A DNA stretch of 64,000 nucleotides, from contig CAWIAD010000001.1 in assembly GCA_963833985.1 (NCBI GenBank), forward strand, positions 1,280,001 to 1,344,000, written 5' to 3'. Position numbers and translations under genes: made by a program. This document shows positions 56,052-64,000 of the stretch, in pieces. The notes beneath the pieces are model-generated. The model did not search any database, was not told the origin of the DNA, and worked only from the letters and a program-made list of their open reading frames with translations. Positions within the stretch are counted from its first letter, which is position 1, and each line of letters starts with the position of its first letter. This stretch comes from an uncultured Planctomycetaceae bacterium. GTDB taxonomy: Bacteria; Planctomycetota; Planctomycetia; Isosphaerales; Isosphaeraceae.

Positions 56052-56410
56052 ATGAATGCATGTTCCAGTGGTAGGTGCGTCCAGCGGAGCGACAACGCAC
56101 CGGTGGTCCGCCGTAGTGGCGAACGCCGTTTTTCGTGGAGTGGTCGGGTGGGTCAAGCGGAGCGACGACGCACCGGGTTGCTGATTCAGCGGATCGGATC
56201 ACTTGGTGCGACCGTTGTGAGAGGGGAGACGTGATGGGACTGATAGACCAACGAATCGAGGCTGGCGTGGTGCGTCGTCGCTGCGCTGGACGCACCCGAC
56301 GACGGCAACATCCATGCGTGGCAACTCTGTCACGGCTGCCAGCATGACCAACGCCGCAAAGCGGTGCGTCGTTGTTGCGCTGGACGCACCCACGACGGAC
56401 ATGCATGCGT
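56052..56410. repeat. REP family B cluster: two forward and two reverse copies
   Basis: GGTGCGTCCAGCG(G/C)AGCGAC(A/G)ACGCACC-like units at 56071 and 56143 (+), 56269 and 56363 (-). Confidence 0.88.
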
Positions 56411-56532
56411 GCCATTGTATCCTTGCCTTCTGCTTGCTTTGGCCCGCTCCCCGGGTCCGCTCAAGGATGTCACAGTTTGCGGGGTCGGCGACAATGCTTG
56501 ACAGGTTCGGGTGCACGAGGGCTCCGCAATCC

Positions 56533-57084
56533 ATGGACCGTGTCGACGACCGCAGGCGAGCCGAATTCGAGCTGATCGTGGTGGAGCACCACGTCCAGTT
56601 GAGGGCGTTCGTGCGCTCTCTGGGTGTGAGCCCGGACTGGGTGGACGATGTGGCGCAGGAGGCGTTTCTCACGGCTTATCGCAAGTGGGACGAGTTCGAC
56701 CGGTCCGAGGACTTTGGCCGCTGGATTCGCGGGATTGCCGCGAACATCGTGCGGAACGAGATCCGCAAGGCCGCGCGGCATCATCGGCTGCTGCATACGG
56801 AATTGGCGGCCATCCTCCTGAGCCAGCAGTCCTCCCTGCGGCCGGCGCTCGAACCCCTGGGCGTCGACGCCGTACGGGAATGTCTCGGTAAGCTCACACC
56901 CCGGAACCGGGAGGTCATCCAGGCCCGGTACCGCGACGGCGAAACGGCGCCGGAGCTGGCGAGCCGGTTCCACCTCTCGGCGGCCAACGTCCGGCAGATC
57001 CTGGTGCGGACCCGTCAGCAAGTCAGGCAGTGTGTCGAGCTTCGGCTCCTCAAGGAGGCCGCGCGTGAAGCAAGCCCGCTCTGA
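56533..57084 (+). CDS. ECF sigma-70 factor
   Basis: DDVAQEAFL..Y, FGRWIRGIAAN, CLGKL..RNREVI..RY, C-terminal HTH. Confidence 0.92.
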   Translation: MDRVDDRRRAEFELIVVEHHVQLRAFVRSLGVSPDWVDDVAQEAFLTAYRKWDEFDRSEDFGRWIRGIAANIVRNEIRKAARHHRLLHTELAAILLSQQSSLRPALEPLGVDAVRECLGKLTPRNREVIQARYRDGETAPELASRFHLSAANVRQILVRTRQQVRQCVELRLLKEAAREASPL

Positions 57085-58402
57085 AGAGCTGCTCGGGAAG
57101 CTCCTGGATGACCACCTCGCGGACGACGAGCTGGCCAAGCTGTGCCGGCTCAGCCGCGATGATCCGGCGCTGCTCGAAGAGGTGCGCTCCCAGCTGCACA
57201 CCGCCGAGCTGATCGCGCAGGCGGAGGACGAGCTGCGCGGCAGTCCCCGGTTCGTGGCGGCCACACTGGATCGGATCGAGGGAGATCGATTCGTGGCGGG
57301 TGTGAGTGCGGCGCTCGCCGCGGGGGACCGCCGCGGGCGCAGGCTACCGCTGATGGGACGCTGGAAGTATGCGGCCGCGATGATCCTGCTGGTGGTGACG
57401 GCCGGCGTGGCTCTGCGGTTCCGGTCCGAGCCGCGGATCGCGCGGATCTCGGACCTGAACGGGACGATCCTCTGGATTGGCGACGGCGGCGTGGTGCGCG
57501 AGCTGGAGGTCGGGATGCCCCTGACCGGCGGCACGCTGGACGCGCGGACGTCGGATGCGTGGGTTGCCCTGGAGTTCCCCGACGGTTCGCTGGCCACGGT
57601 TTCCGGACCGGCCATGGTGACCATCTCGGACCACGGTCAGAAAGAGCTGTACCTGCGGGACGGCGAGCTGTTCGCACGCGTGGCGCGGCAGGCCCGGCAC
57701 AGGCCCATGCTGATTCACACCCGGACCGCCGAGCTGGAGGTGCTGGGAACCCAGTTGAACGTCGAGGCCGGGTCCGCGGAGACGCGTCTGAGTGTCAACG
57801 AGGGTCGGGTCCGCCTCACGAGGCTGGTCGACGGCAGCGTTGCGGAGGTGCCCGCCGATCATCAAATCGTCGCACGCGCCGACCGGACGGAGGCTTTTGA
57901 ACCGACGCCGCGCCCGGCACCCGTCGATCGCTGGCAGAGCAACTTGCAGGTCAGCGTGGGCAAGTTTCTGCCGCCGGCGGGGACGCTACCGGCCCGGCTG
58001 CGCGCCTTGCCCATTGTTTTCAACCGGCCCAGGGAGCGCCCGCTGGCCATCTACGTGGCCGGGTTCGGCGTCTCTCAGTTCGGGTCGCCACCGGTGCGGC
58101 TGAAGCCGCATTCCCGGTTCCAGCTCCGGGGGCGCCTGGCGTCCGCCCAGGAGCTCCATTTCGGGATCACCACGAAGAAGCCGGAAGGGACTTTCGGCGG
58201 CAAGTTCGAGGTCGTGATTCCCGCTCCGAAGCTGGAGGATCCCAGCGGAGGTTTCGACATCGAGGTGCGGCTTGGGGACCTGCGGCCGCAGAAACCCTGG
58301 CATCCCAGCTCGCCCGTGAACTTCGAGCTCGAGGACTGCTACCTTTGCACCGTCGATGTGGAGGCTGGCCTCGAGGTCTTCCAGGTCGAGCTGCTGCCGT
58401 AA
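57065..58402 (+). CDS. FecR-domain anti-sigma factor
   Basis: Single TM followed by LEFPDGS, LRDGEL, IHT..AELEVLGT, LSVNEGRV; overlaps the sigma gene. Confidence 0.88.
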   Translation: MKQARSEELLGKLLDDHLADDELAKLCRLSRDDPALLEEVRSQLHTAELIAQAEDELRGSPRFVAATLDRIEGDRFVAGVSAALAAGDRRGRRLPLMGRWKYAAAMILLVVTAGVALRFRSEPRIARISDLNGTILWIGDGGVVRELEVGMPLTGGTLDARTSDAWVALEFPDGSLATVSGPAMVTISDHGQKELYLRDGELFARVARQARHRPMLIHTRTAELEVLGTQLNVEAGSAETRLSVNEGRVRLTRLVDGSVAEVPADHQIVARADRTEAFEPTPRPAPVDRWQSNLQVSVGKFLPPAGTLPARLRALPIVFNRPRERPLAIYVAGFGVSQFGSPPVRLKPHSRFQLRGRLASAQELHFGITTKKPEGTFGGKFEVVIPAPKLEDPSGGFDIEVRLGDLRPQKPWHPSSPVNFELEDCYLCTVDVEAGLEVFQVELLP

Positions 58403-58462
58403 TCGAGGTAGTCGCCAGGTTCCCCGCATTCCTCATGTGGGCCAGATGTCAGACCGGCGCGG

Positions 58463-60196
58463 CTACGCGGCCATCTCGTGCTTCGGACTGGCCCTGCGCC
58501 GTGTGCGCGGACCATTCAGCAGCCGGCCCAGCCAGGTGTAGCGCACCATCGTCTCGTATGTGAAGAGCAGGAACACCGTGACCGCGGTGAGAACGAAGAG
58601 GAACTTCACGGACGGTGGCAGGGGCCACTCGCGTACCCAGACCTGAAGGACCACGACCAGGGGCACGTGAGCGACGTAGAGCCAGTAGGATGAGTCCGAG
58701 AGGTAGCGAATGCGCGGACTCTCGTGGGTCAGGTAACGCCGGAACAGTCCGATCATTCCCAGCGAGGCGGCCCAGGCGAAGAGAACCTGAGCGAGCCCGC
58801 TGAGCACGGTTTTGCCGATGGTGAAGAGCCCGATGGGCCAGGCCAGAAGCGCGATCAGGAAGGCGAGCCGCCAGTGACGGCCGAGCCGGCCCTCGCGGTC
58901 ATCACAGCCAAAGTAGAGCGCTCCGAAAGCGAAGAAGATGCCGTAATAGAGCAGCAAGTGCGGCTGGAGCAGAAGGCCGGTGGAGGTGTCGGGGCCGAAG
59001 CCGGCTCCCTGCACGCCCATGAAAAGCTGCGGCAGCATGGTCAGGGGGATCAGCCAGCAAAATCGCGCGGGGGACATCACCAGCCAGTGCGGAACTCCTG
59101 GAAGCACCAGGCGCTTCGCCACCGTCGCCAGCACAGCGAAGAGCACGAAGTACCAGCAAAGAAACCAGAGGAACCAGAGGTGATGGAAGACCGACGTCTG
59201 GATGAGATGGAATGACCCCTGGTCCCAGCTCCAGCGGAACAGGACGCGATCCGGGACAGTGAGACGTTCGGATGTCAAGAAGGCTTCATAGCTCCTGCGC
59301 ATCTCGTCGAGACGATGCACGGAGCCTGTCGCGGCGACCTCCGGTACGTCCTCGATGCCGGACGACCGTGCCAGGAGCCTGCGGCATTCATCCCGGCCGG
59401 CCTGCAAGTCGGCTTCGGGCTTCAGAAGGATGCCCAGGAAGCTGGTGATGGCGCGGGTTGTGCCCAGGCTCGCCCGTGCGGACTCGCGCGGAGTGTCATG
59501 GCTGCTGCCGCGAGCCAGCGGGTCTGCCCCGTGCTCCAGCAGCAATTCCAGGATCCGGGGCTCGCCCAGGAACGCGGCACCGTGCAGCGGGCGATACCCT
59601 GACCGGTCCGCCGCGTTCACGTCCGCGCCATGCTCGATGAGCAATCGAGCGGCCGGCAAGTCACCGCACAGGGCTGCCCACGAAAGTACGGGGTTGCCAA
59701 CTTCCGGATCGACCTGGTCTGGATCGGCTCCGCGGTCCAGCAGACGGCGGAGACCCGTCAGATCATGGTTCTTCACCAGCTCGGCCAGCTCGGATGGTGC
59801 ACCCGACTCGTGACGCCGCGCCGCATCCTGCCTGGCCGTGGTTTTGACGGCCCAGGTCACCACCGCGCTGAACGCGGGGACGATGGTGACGAGCCCCAGC
59901 ATGCATGGAATGAAAACGCGCTGAAACCTCTGTTTCAGAAGTGCCTTCAGCCCCCGGCTGCGCCAGAGCATCATCGTGAAGAAGCCGGAAAGCAGCATGA
60001 ACAGCGGCATCCGGAAGCCGTGGATCGCGGCGTTGAGGTAGCCCAGCCAGGGCTGGCTGCGAAGGTCTCTCACGACCCATGGGCCGCCGGTGAACGACAG
60101 CAGCGAATGGTGCACAATGCCCAGGAACATGGCGAAGGTGCGCAGCGCGTCAAGCTCGTGGAGTCGCTGCGTGCTCGAGGAACGATCCTGGCTCAT
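58463..60196 (-). CDS. Acyltransferase-3 (OpgC/MdoC-like) protein with an inserted ankyrin-repeat domain
   Basis: LDALRTFAMFLGIVHH, HGFRMPLF.LLSGFF, HHLWFLWFL, YLSDSSYWLYVAH; internal LLDRGADPD / LIEHGADVNA / LLEHGADP. Confidence 0.9.
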   Translation of the reverse strand: MSQDRSSSTQRLHELDALRTFAMFLGIVHHSLLSFTGGPWVVRDLRSQPWLGYLNAAIHGFRMPLFMLLSGFFTMMLWRSRGLKALLKQRFQRVFIPCMLGLVTIVPAFSAVVTWAVKTTARQDAARRHESGAPSELAELVKNHDLTGLRRLLDRGADPDQVDPEVGNPVLSWAALCGDLPAARLLIEHGADVNAADRSGYRPLHGAAFLGEPRILELLLEHGADPLARGSSHDTPRESARASLGTTRAITSFLGILLKPEADLQAGRDECRRLLARSSGIEDVPEVAATGSVHRLDEMRRSYEAFLTSERLTVPDRVLFRWSWDQGSFHLIQTSVFHHLWFLWFLCWYFVLFAVLATVAKRLVLPGVPHWLVMSPARFCWLIPLTMLPQLFMGVQGAGFGPDTSTGLLLQPHLLLYYGIFFAFGALYFGCDDREGRLGRHWRLAFLIALLAWPIGLFTIGKTVLSGLAQVLFAWAASLGMIGLFRRYLTHESPRIRYLSDSSYWLYVAHVPLVVVLQVWVREWPLPPSVKFLFVLTAVTVFLLFTYETMVRYTWLGRLLNGPRTRRRASPKHEMAA

Positions 60197-60353
60197 GTCA
60201 GTTCCGGAACGTGGTGCAAGCGGAAGGTGGAAAGCCCACACGGATTGTCCGGAGATCCGCCAGGTGTGACGAGAAACCGAGTCCGATTTGTTCAGGCGGC
60301 CTCGACCGCTGTCTCAGGCCATCGCCAGCTCACGGTTTGCAACGATGGGTATG

Positions 60354-62582
60354 TCACTGCCGGCGCACCAGATCGCTGGCTGCGGGTTCACGGCTTGAGG
60401 TCTGGAAGTCGGCGGCCTGGCGGCGGGCATAGGTCTGCCAGCGGTTCTCCAGCTCGGCGAAGCTGTCGAAGTGGTACGACTCGCGCAGGGCCGCCTCCAC
60501 GCCCTTGCGCTGGGCGCCGCGGACGAAGCCGACGAACTGTTCGGGGGTACCCTGAGCCACCAGGAATTGCGTCACGGAGACGCTCTGGGCGAAGAACAGG
60601 TTGTGGGCGTCCGAGCTGGGGTAGTCCATGGCCATGAGCTCGCTCAGCTTGAAGACGCGTCCCTCGCGCAGCGGTTCGGTGAGCTCGGCCGCCCGGCTTT
60701 CTTGCTCCGCGCGCGGTTCGGAGAGCACGGCCATGCCTTCGTCGGCCCAGCGCGGGATCTGCCGCTCGGTGAACAGGTCGGCGAGCACGACGTGCGTCAC
60801 CTCGTGAGGAAGGACCGCGGAGAGCAACTGCGGGTGGTCCGCGCGCAGGTTGATCCGCCGGCCGATGATCTTGTTGCCGCTCAGCGACATGGTCGAGAAT
60901 CCCGGGGAGCTCTCGGGCTGGCCGGTCATCCGGGTGAAGTCTCGCGCCGTGGCGTAGAGATAGATGTCGCAGCGCGGCGACCAGACCACACGCGACGCCG
61001 GGCTGCCCCAGCGCTTGCCTTGCAGCGTGCGTATGCCCTCGGCGGCCTCGGCGGCCTTGGCGGCGAGCGCCGGGTCTGTGGAGTGAACGCGAAAACTGCG
61101 TGTCTCGCGCACCTGCCAGGAGAGTGGCAGCGGGCTGCCGCCAGGCTCCTCTGGACCGCGGGCCTCCGCTCCCGCGGGCGCTTCCCGGGGAGCTTCCGCG
61201 GGCGTGGCCTTGGGCTCGTTGCTCGACGGGTTGGCCGGTCCGGCAGACGCCTCCGTCTCAGGTGGGGCCGCCGATGCCAGTGGTTGCGCAGTCTCTTCGC
61301 CGGACGCGACCGGCAGGGACAGCGCGGGCTCGGCCACCGCGGACGGGGCTGCCGCGGACGGGGCTGCTGGCTGAGGCGACGCAGCCTGGGCCGGCCGGGA
61401 CCGTCCCAGCAGCCTTGGAAAACGGGACGGCGGATCTTCTTCGGGCGCCGAGCCGCGGACGACCAGCTTGCCGCCACGCGAGGAACCTCGTGTCGCCTTG
61501 CGGGCCTCGGCGATCCGGTTCAGCAGGTATTCGCCATACCAGTTCCCCGGAGTCAAACGCTGAATACTTTGAACCTCGCGCTCGATCTCGTCCCACTCCT
61601 GATTCGTGCGCGGGTGGGCGTTGATCTGCGACACCACGGCAACCCATCGACAGTATGCCCACACCGCCTTCCGTTGCGGGGGAAGCTGGTTCTGAGCGGC
61701 CAGGCTGGCGTACGCCTGGCCGGCCTCTGCGTATTTCTTCGTGCTGAACCAGGCATCGGCCTGGGCCAGCCGAGGCGAGGGGCCAGTGCCCCGCGCCGGG
61801 GCTCCGTGGTCTTCGGGCATGAGCTGTGGCTGCCCTGAAGCCGGCGTGCCACTTCCGCTCATCGATGCGACGGAATCGCGATTCGCGACCGTGCTCGCGG
61901 CCCGCGTTGCCTGATCGTCGCGGGGTGGGATGCCGCGGGCCGGCGGGGCCGCTCCCGGCGCGGGGGCTGCGGGCCGGCCCGGGCCGTCGAGCGGGGGCAG
62001 CCCGGCAGGCTCCGGCAGCGGGTCAGGCTCCTTGAACGCGCCAGGTTCCGGCTCTGACGAGGCGCGTGGCACGGCACGGAGGGGCAGGGGCAGGGGCTCC
62101 AGGGGCTTCGGTGCCGGCACCGGCAAGGCCGGCCGGGGATCGCGCGGTGCCGGCAAGGCCGGCCGGGGATCGCGCGGTGCCGGCAAGGAACCGGTGAAGG
62201 GGGGCGGAACAGACGGCCTCGGCACCGGAGCGGGCGTCGCCGCCGGTGTTGCGTCCGGCGGGGCGAGAGACGGCTCCAGGATCGCCAGGTTGTCGCGGTA
62301 CTCAGCAGCCAGGCTGGCCTTGCCAGAGGCCTCGGCCGCGCGGATCAGTTCCTTGTACGTGCCTCGGAGCATCGCCAGCACTTCGCCCCGTGCTGCCGGC
62401 GGCGACGATGCCAGCTCATCCTCGAGCAGCGTCGCAGCCTTTTGATACTCACCCCTGGCCAGCAGCGTCCGGGCCTGGTCAAGCGGCTCTGAAGACGGCT
62501 CCAGAGCGGCCAGGCTCATCGCGCTCGGACCGGAAACGAGAATCAACAGGGCGATCAAGAGCGCCTGACGCATGACATCCAT
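60354..62582 (-). CDS. Secreted protein with TPR-like and Pro-rich regions and a C-terminal clan MA metallopeptidase domain
   Basis: Signal peptide; LPHEVTHVVL...PRWADEGMA. Confidence 0.8.
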   Translation of the reverse strand: MDVMRQALLIALLILVSGPSAMSLAALEPSSEPLDQARTLLARGEYQKAATLLEDELASSPPAARGEVLAMLRGTYKELIRAAEASGKASLAAEYRDNLAILEPSLAPPDATPAATPAPVPRPSVPPPFTGSLPAPRDPRPALPAPRDPRPALPVPAPKPLEPLPLPLRAVPRASSEPEPGAFKEPDPLPEPAGLPPLDGPGRPAAPAPGAAPPARGIPPRDDQATRAASTVANRDSVASMSGSGTPASGQPQLMPEDHGAPARGTGPSPRLAQADAWFSTKKYAEAGQAYASLAAQNQLPPQRKAVWAYCRWVAVVSQINAHPRTNQEWDEIEREVQSIQRLTPGNWYGEYLLNRIAEARKATRGSSRGGKLVVRGSAPEEDPPSRFPRLLGRSRPAQAASPQPAAPSAAAPSAVAEPALSLPVASGEETAQPLASAAPPETEASAGPANPSSNEPKATPAEAPREAPAGAEARGPEEPGGSPLPLSWQVRETRSFRVHSTDPALAAKAAEAAEGIRTLQGKRWGSPASRVVWSPRCDIYLYATARDFTRMTGQPESSPGFSTMSLSGNKIIGRRINLRADHPQLLSAVLPHEVTHVVLADLFTERQIPRWADEGMAVLSEPRAEQESRAAELTEPLREGRVFKLSELMAMDYPSSDAHNLFFAQSVSVTQFLVAQGTPEQFVGFVRGAQRKGVEAALRESYHFDSFAELENRWQTYARRQAADFQTSSREPAASDLVRRQ
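62121..62188. repeat. 30-bp in-frame tandem repeat, about 2.3 copies
   Basis: CGGCAAGGCCGGCCGGGGATCGCGCGGTGC repeated; encodes LPAPRDPRPA. Confidence 0.9.
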
Positions 62583-62812
62583 GTCGTGCTCCGGGGATCG
62601 GGCTGTCGGTATTGCGGGCAGTATCCAGGGATCCGCTCAAACCGTCAACACGAGTCCGCCGGGAGCCCGCTTGCCGGTTACCGGAAGTGCGCAGGCTGCG
62701 TGGTCGATCCGTGAAGATCGCCACAGCGCGCGATCGCGATCCCCCGGCTGCCTGAGAGCCTGGTTCAACCCGGGACATGGCCGATCACCGTGAGATGGAA
62801 ACGGTCCAGAAT

Positions 62813-64000
62813 TCAAGCCCGGCGGTGCCTGCGATGGATGAGTGCGGGTCTGGAGGCGCGAACAGCCGGCCTGGGCTGCGCCGTGGCCACGGGTGCAGCG
62901 GGCCGAGGCAAGCCAAGGGCATCGGCGGCTTCGGTCTGAAAACGGAACAGCTCCACATCGCCGGGCCGGGTCTCCTGCGACCAGTGAACCGCTCGATCGT
63001 ACCATTCCCGGCCCTCGGCGCGGTGGTTGGTGGAGGCGTCGATCAGCGCCAGGAAAAACCAGTCATAGCTGTCGCCCTCGCCTGCGCCGCGCAATTCCAT
63101 GGACCGCTGCAAGGCCTTGCTTGCCCCTTCCCAGTCGCCCACACGGCAGCAGGCCACGCCCAGGGTGTTCCAGTAGGATCCTTCCTCGTCAGCGAGCTCC
63201 ACGGCTCTCCTGGCCAGGCCGACCGCCTGTTGCGGCTCACGCATTGATGGGTTCTCGCACGTGCATAACATCCAGGCAAGATTGTTCAGAGCCAGGGCCA
63301 GGTCGCGGTTGCTGGACTCGTTGCCGCGTCCTTCCTGGCGAACCTGTTCCTCGGAGGCGATCATCCGCAAGTAGACACCTTTGGCCTCGGTCACATGGTT
63401 GCCCGCCGCAAGCCGTTGAGCGGAGGAGAGCGCCATCTGGAAGTCGAACCGGCGGCGTGCCGCAGGAGTGAGCCGGTCGAATGACGCGGCCTGGCTTCCG
63501 CGGTCCACATCGTTACTAAGAACGAAGTTGCGCACCACGCTGGACTGGTTGAGCATTCCGAGGTAGGCCGACCAGACCGGCTGGCGGACGTTCAGGAACA
63601 GGAAGGCGACCGAGAAGTAGACCGCGAGTCTGCCGTACAGGCCGCGGCGCGTTCCTTTCTCGGCGATGTCGGCTGCCCTGTGATCATTCCATGAGCGTGC
63701 GAGCCGCCATGCCATGCAGGCCGTGGCCAGCTCGAGTGCCAGTTGTGCAGACCCGAGCATGCCGCGGAGGCCGGCGGCGAGCGTCGGCTGCACCAGCGCG
63801 CTGCGCGGGACCGGGAATGAGCCAATCCACACGGTGAAGCTGCCCGTGCGAAAACAGGCCGCCGTCACAAGGTTCGAGATTCCTCCCAGGGAGAGGATGA
63901 AAAACGTCACGGCGGCCGCGATCACGAAACCGCGGTTCAAGGACCTGCGCAGCAGGATGCCCAGAAACAGCGGCCAGCCCGAGCCGATGACGATGGCCAG
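62813..64000 (-). CDS. Membrane protein with C-terminal TPR domain; 5'-partial
   Basis: TM segments; LNNLAWML...AVGLARRAVEL...YWNTLGVA...DWFFLA; frame stays open to the window edge. Confidence 0.75.
   Translation of the reverse strand: MAIVIGSGWPLFLGILLRRSLNRGFVIAAAVTFFILSLGGISNLVTAACFRTGSFTVWIGSFPVPRSALVQPTLAAGLRGMLGSAQLALELATACMAWRLARSWNDHRAADIAEKGTRRGLYGRLAVYFSVAFLFLNVRQPVWSAYLGMLNQSSVVRNFVLSNDVDRGSQAASFDRLTPAARRRFDFQMALSSAQRLAAGNHVTEAKGVYLRMIASEEQVRQEGRGNESSNRDLALALNNLAWMLCTCENPSMREPQQAVGLARRAVELADEEGSYWNTLGVACCRVGDWEGASKALQRSMELRGAGEGDSYDWFFLALIDASTNHRAEGREWYDRAVHWSQETRPGDVELFRFQTEAADALGLPRPAAPVATAQPRPAVRASRPALIHRRHRRA

Overview
GC-rich bacterial chromosome segment. Gene content points to a Planctomycete, probably Isosphaeraceae-like (inference from DUF1501/DUF1800, BlaI-M56 pairs, ECF-FecR, Uma2 and a Ser/Thr kinase). 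Core genes: infC-rpmI-rplT, tRNA-Phe(GAA), tRNA-Ile(GAT), tRNA-Arg(TCG), rimO-pgsA-uppP-addB-addA. Accessory content: (i) a defence island at about 34.5-45 kb against the 3' end of tRNA-Arg, with Uma2, GmrSD-like DUF262, type III mod, an MNT-HEPN pair nested between mod and res, res, a 2TM coiled-coil gene and an RHH-like gene; (ii) an IS4-family element with 20-bp inverted repeats that inserted into a REP hairpin and duplicated 20 bp of it; that REP lies in frame inside a 'AQIAANRRNA..STGP' family gene; (iii) three REP-like palindrome families, including an AT-rich tandem array between addB and addA; (iv) blaI, two tandem M56 genes, DUF1800 and DUF1501 behind two tandem palindromic operators. 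At least ten genes carry apparent single-base frameshifts, so many splits are probably assembly indels rather than biology. All calls come from reading motifs by eye; no database searches were run.
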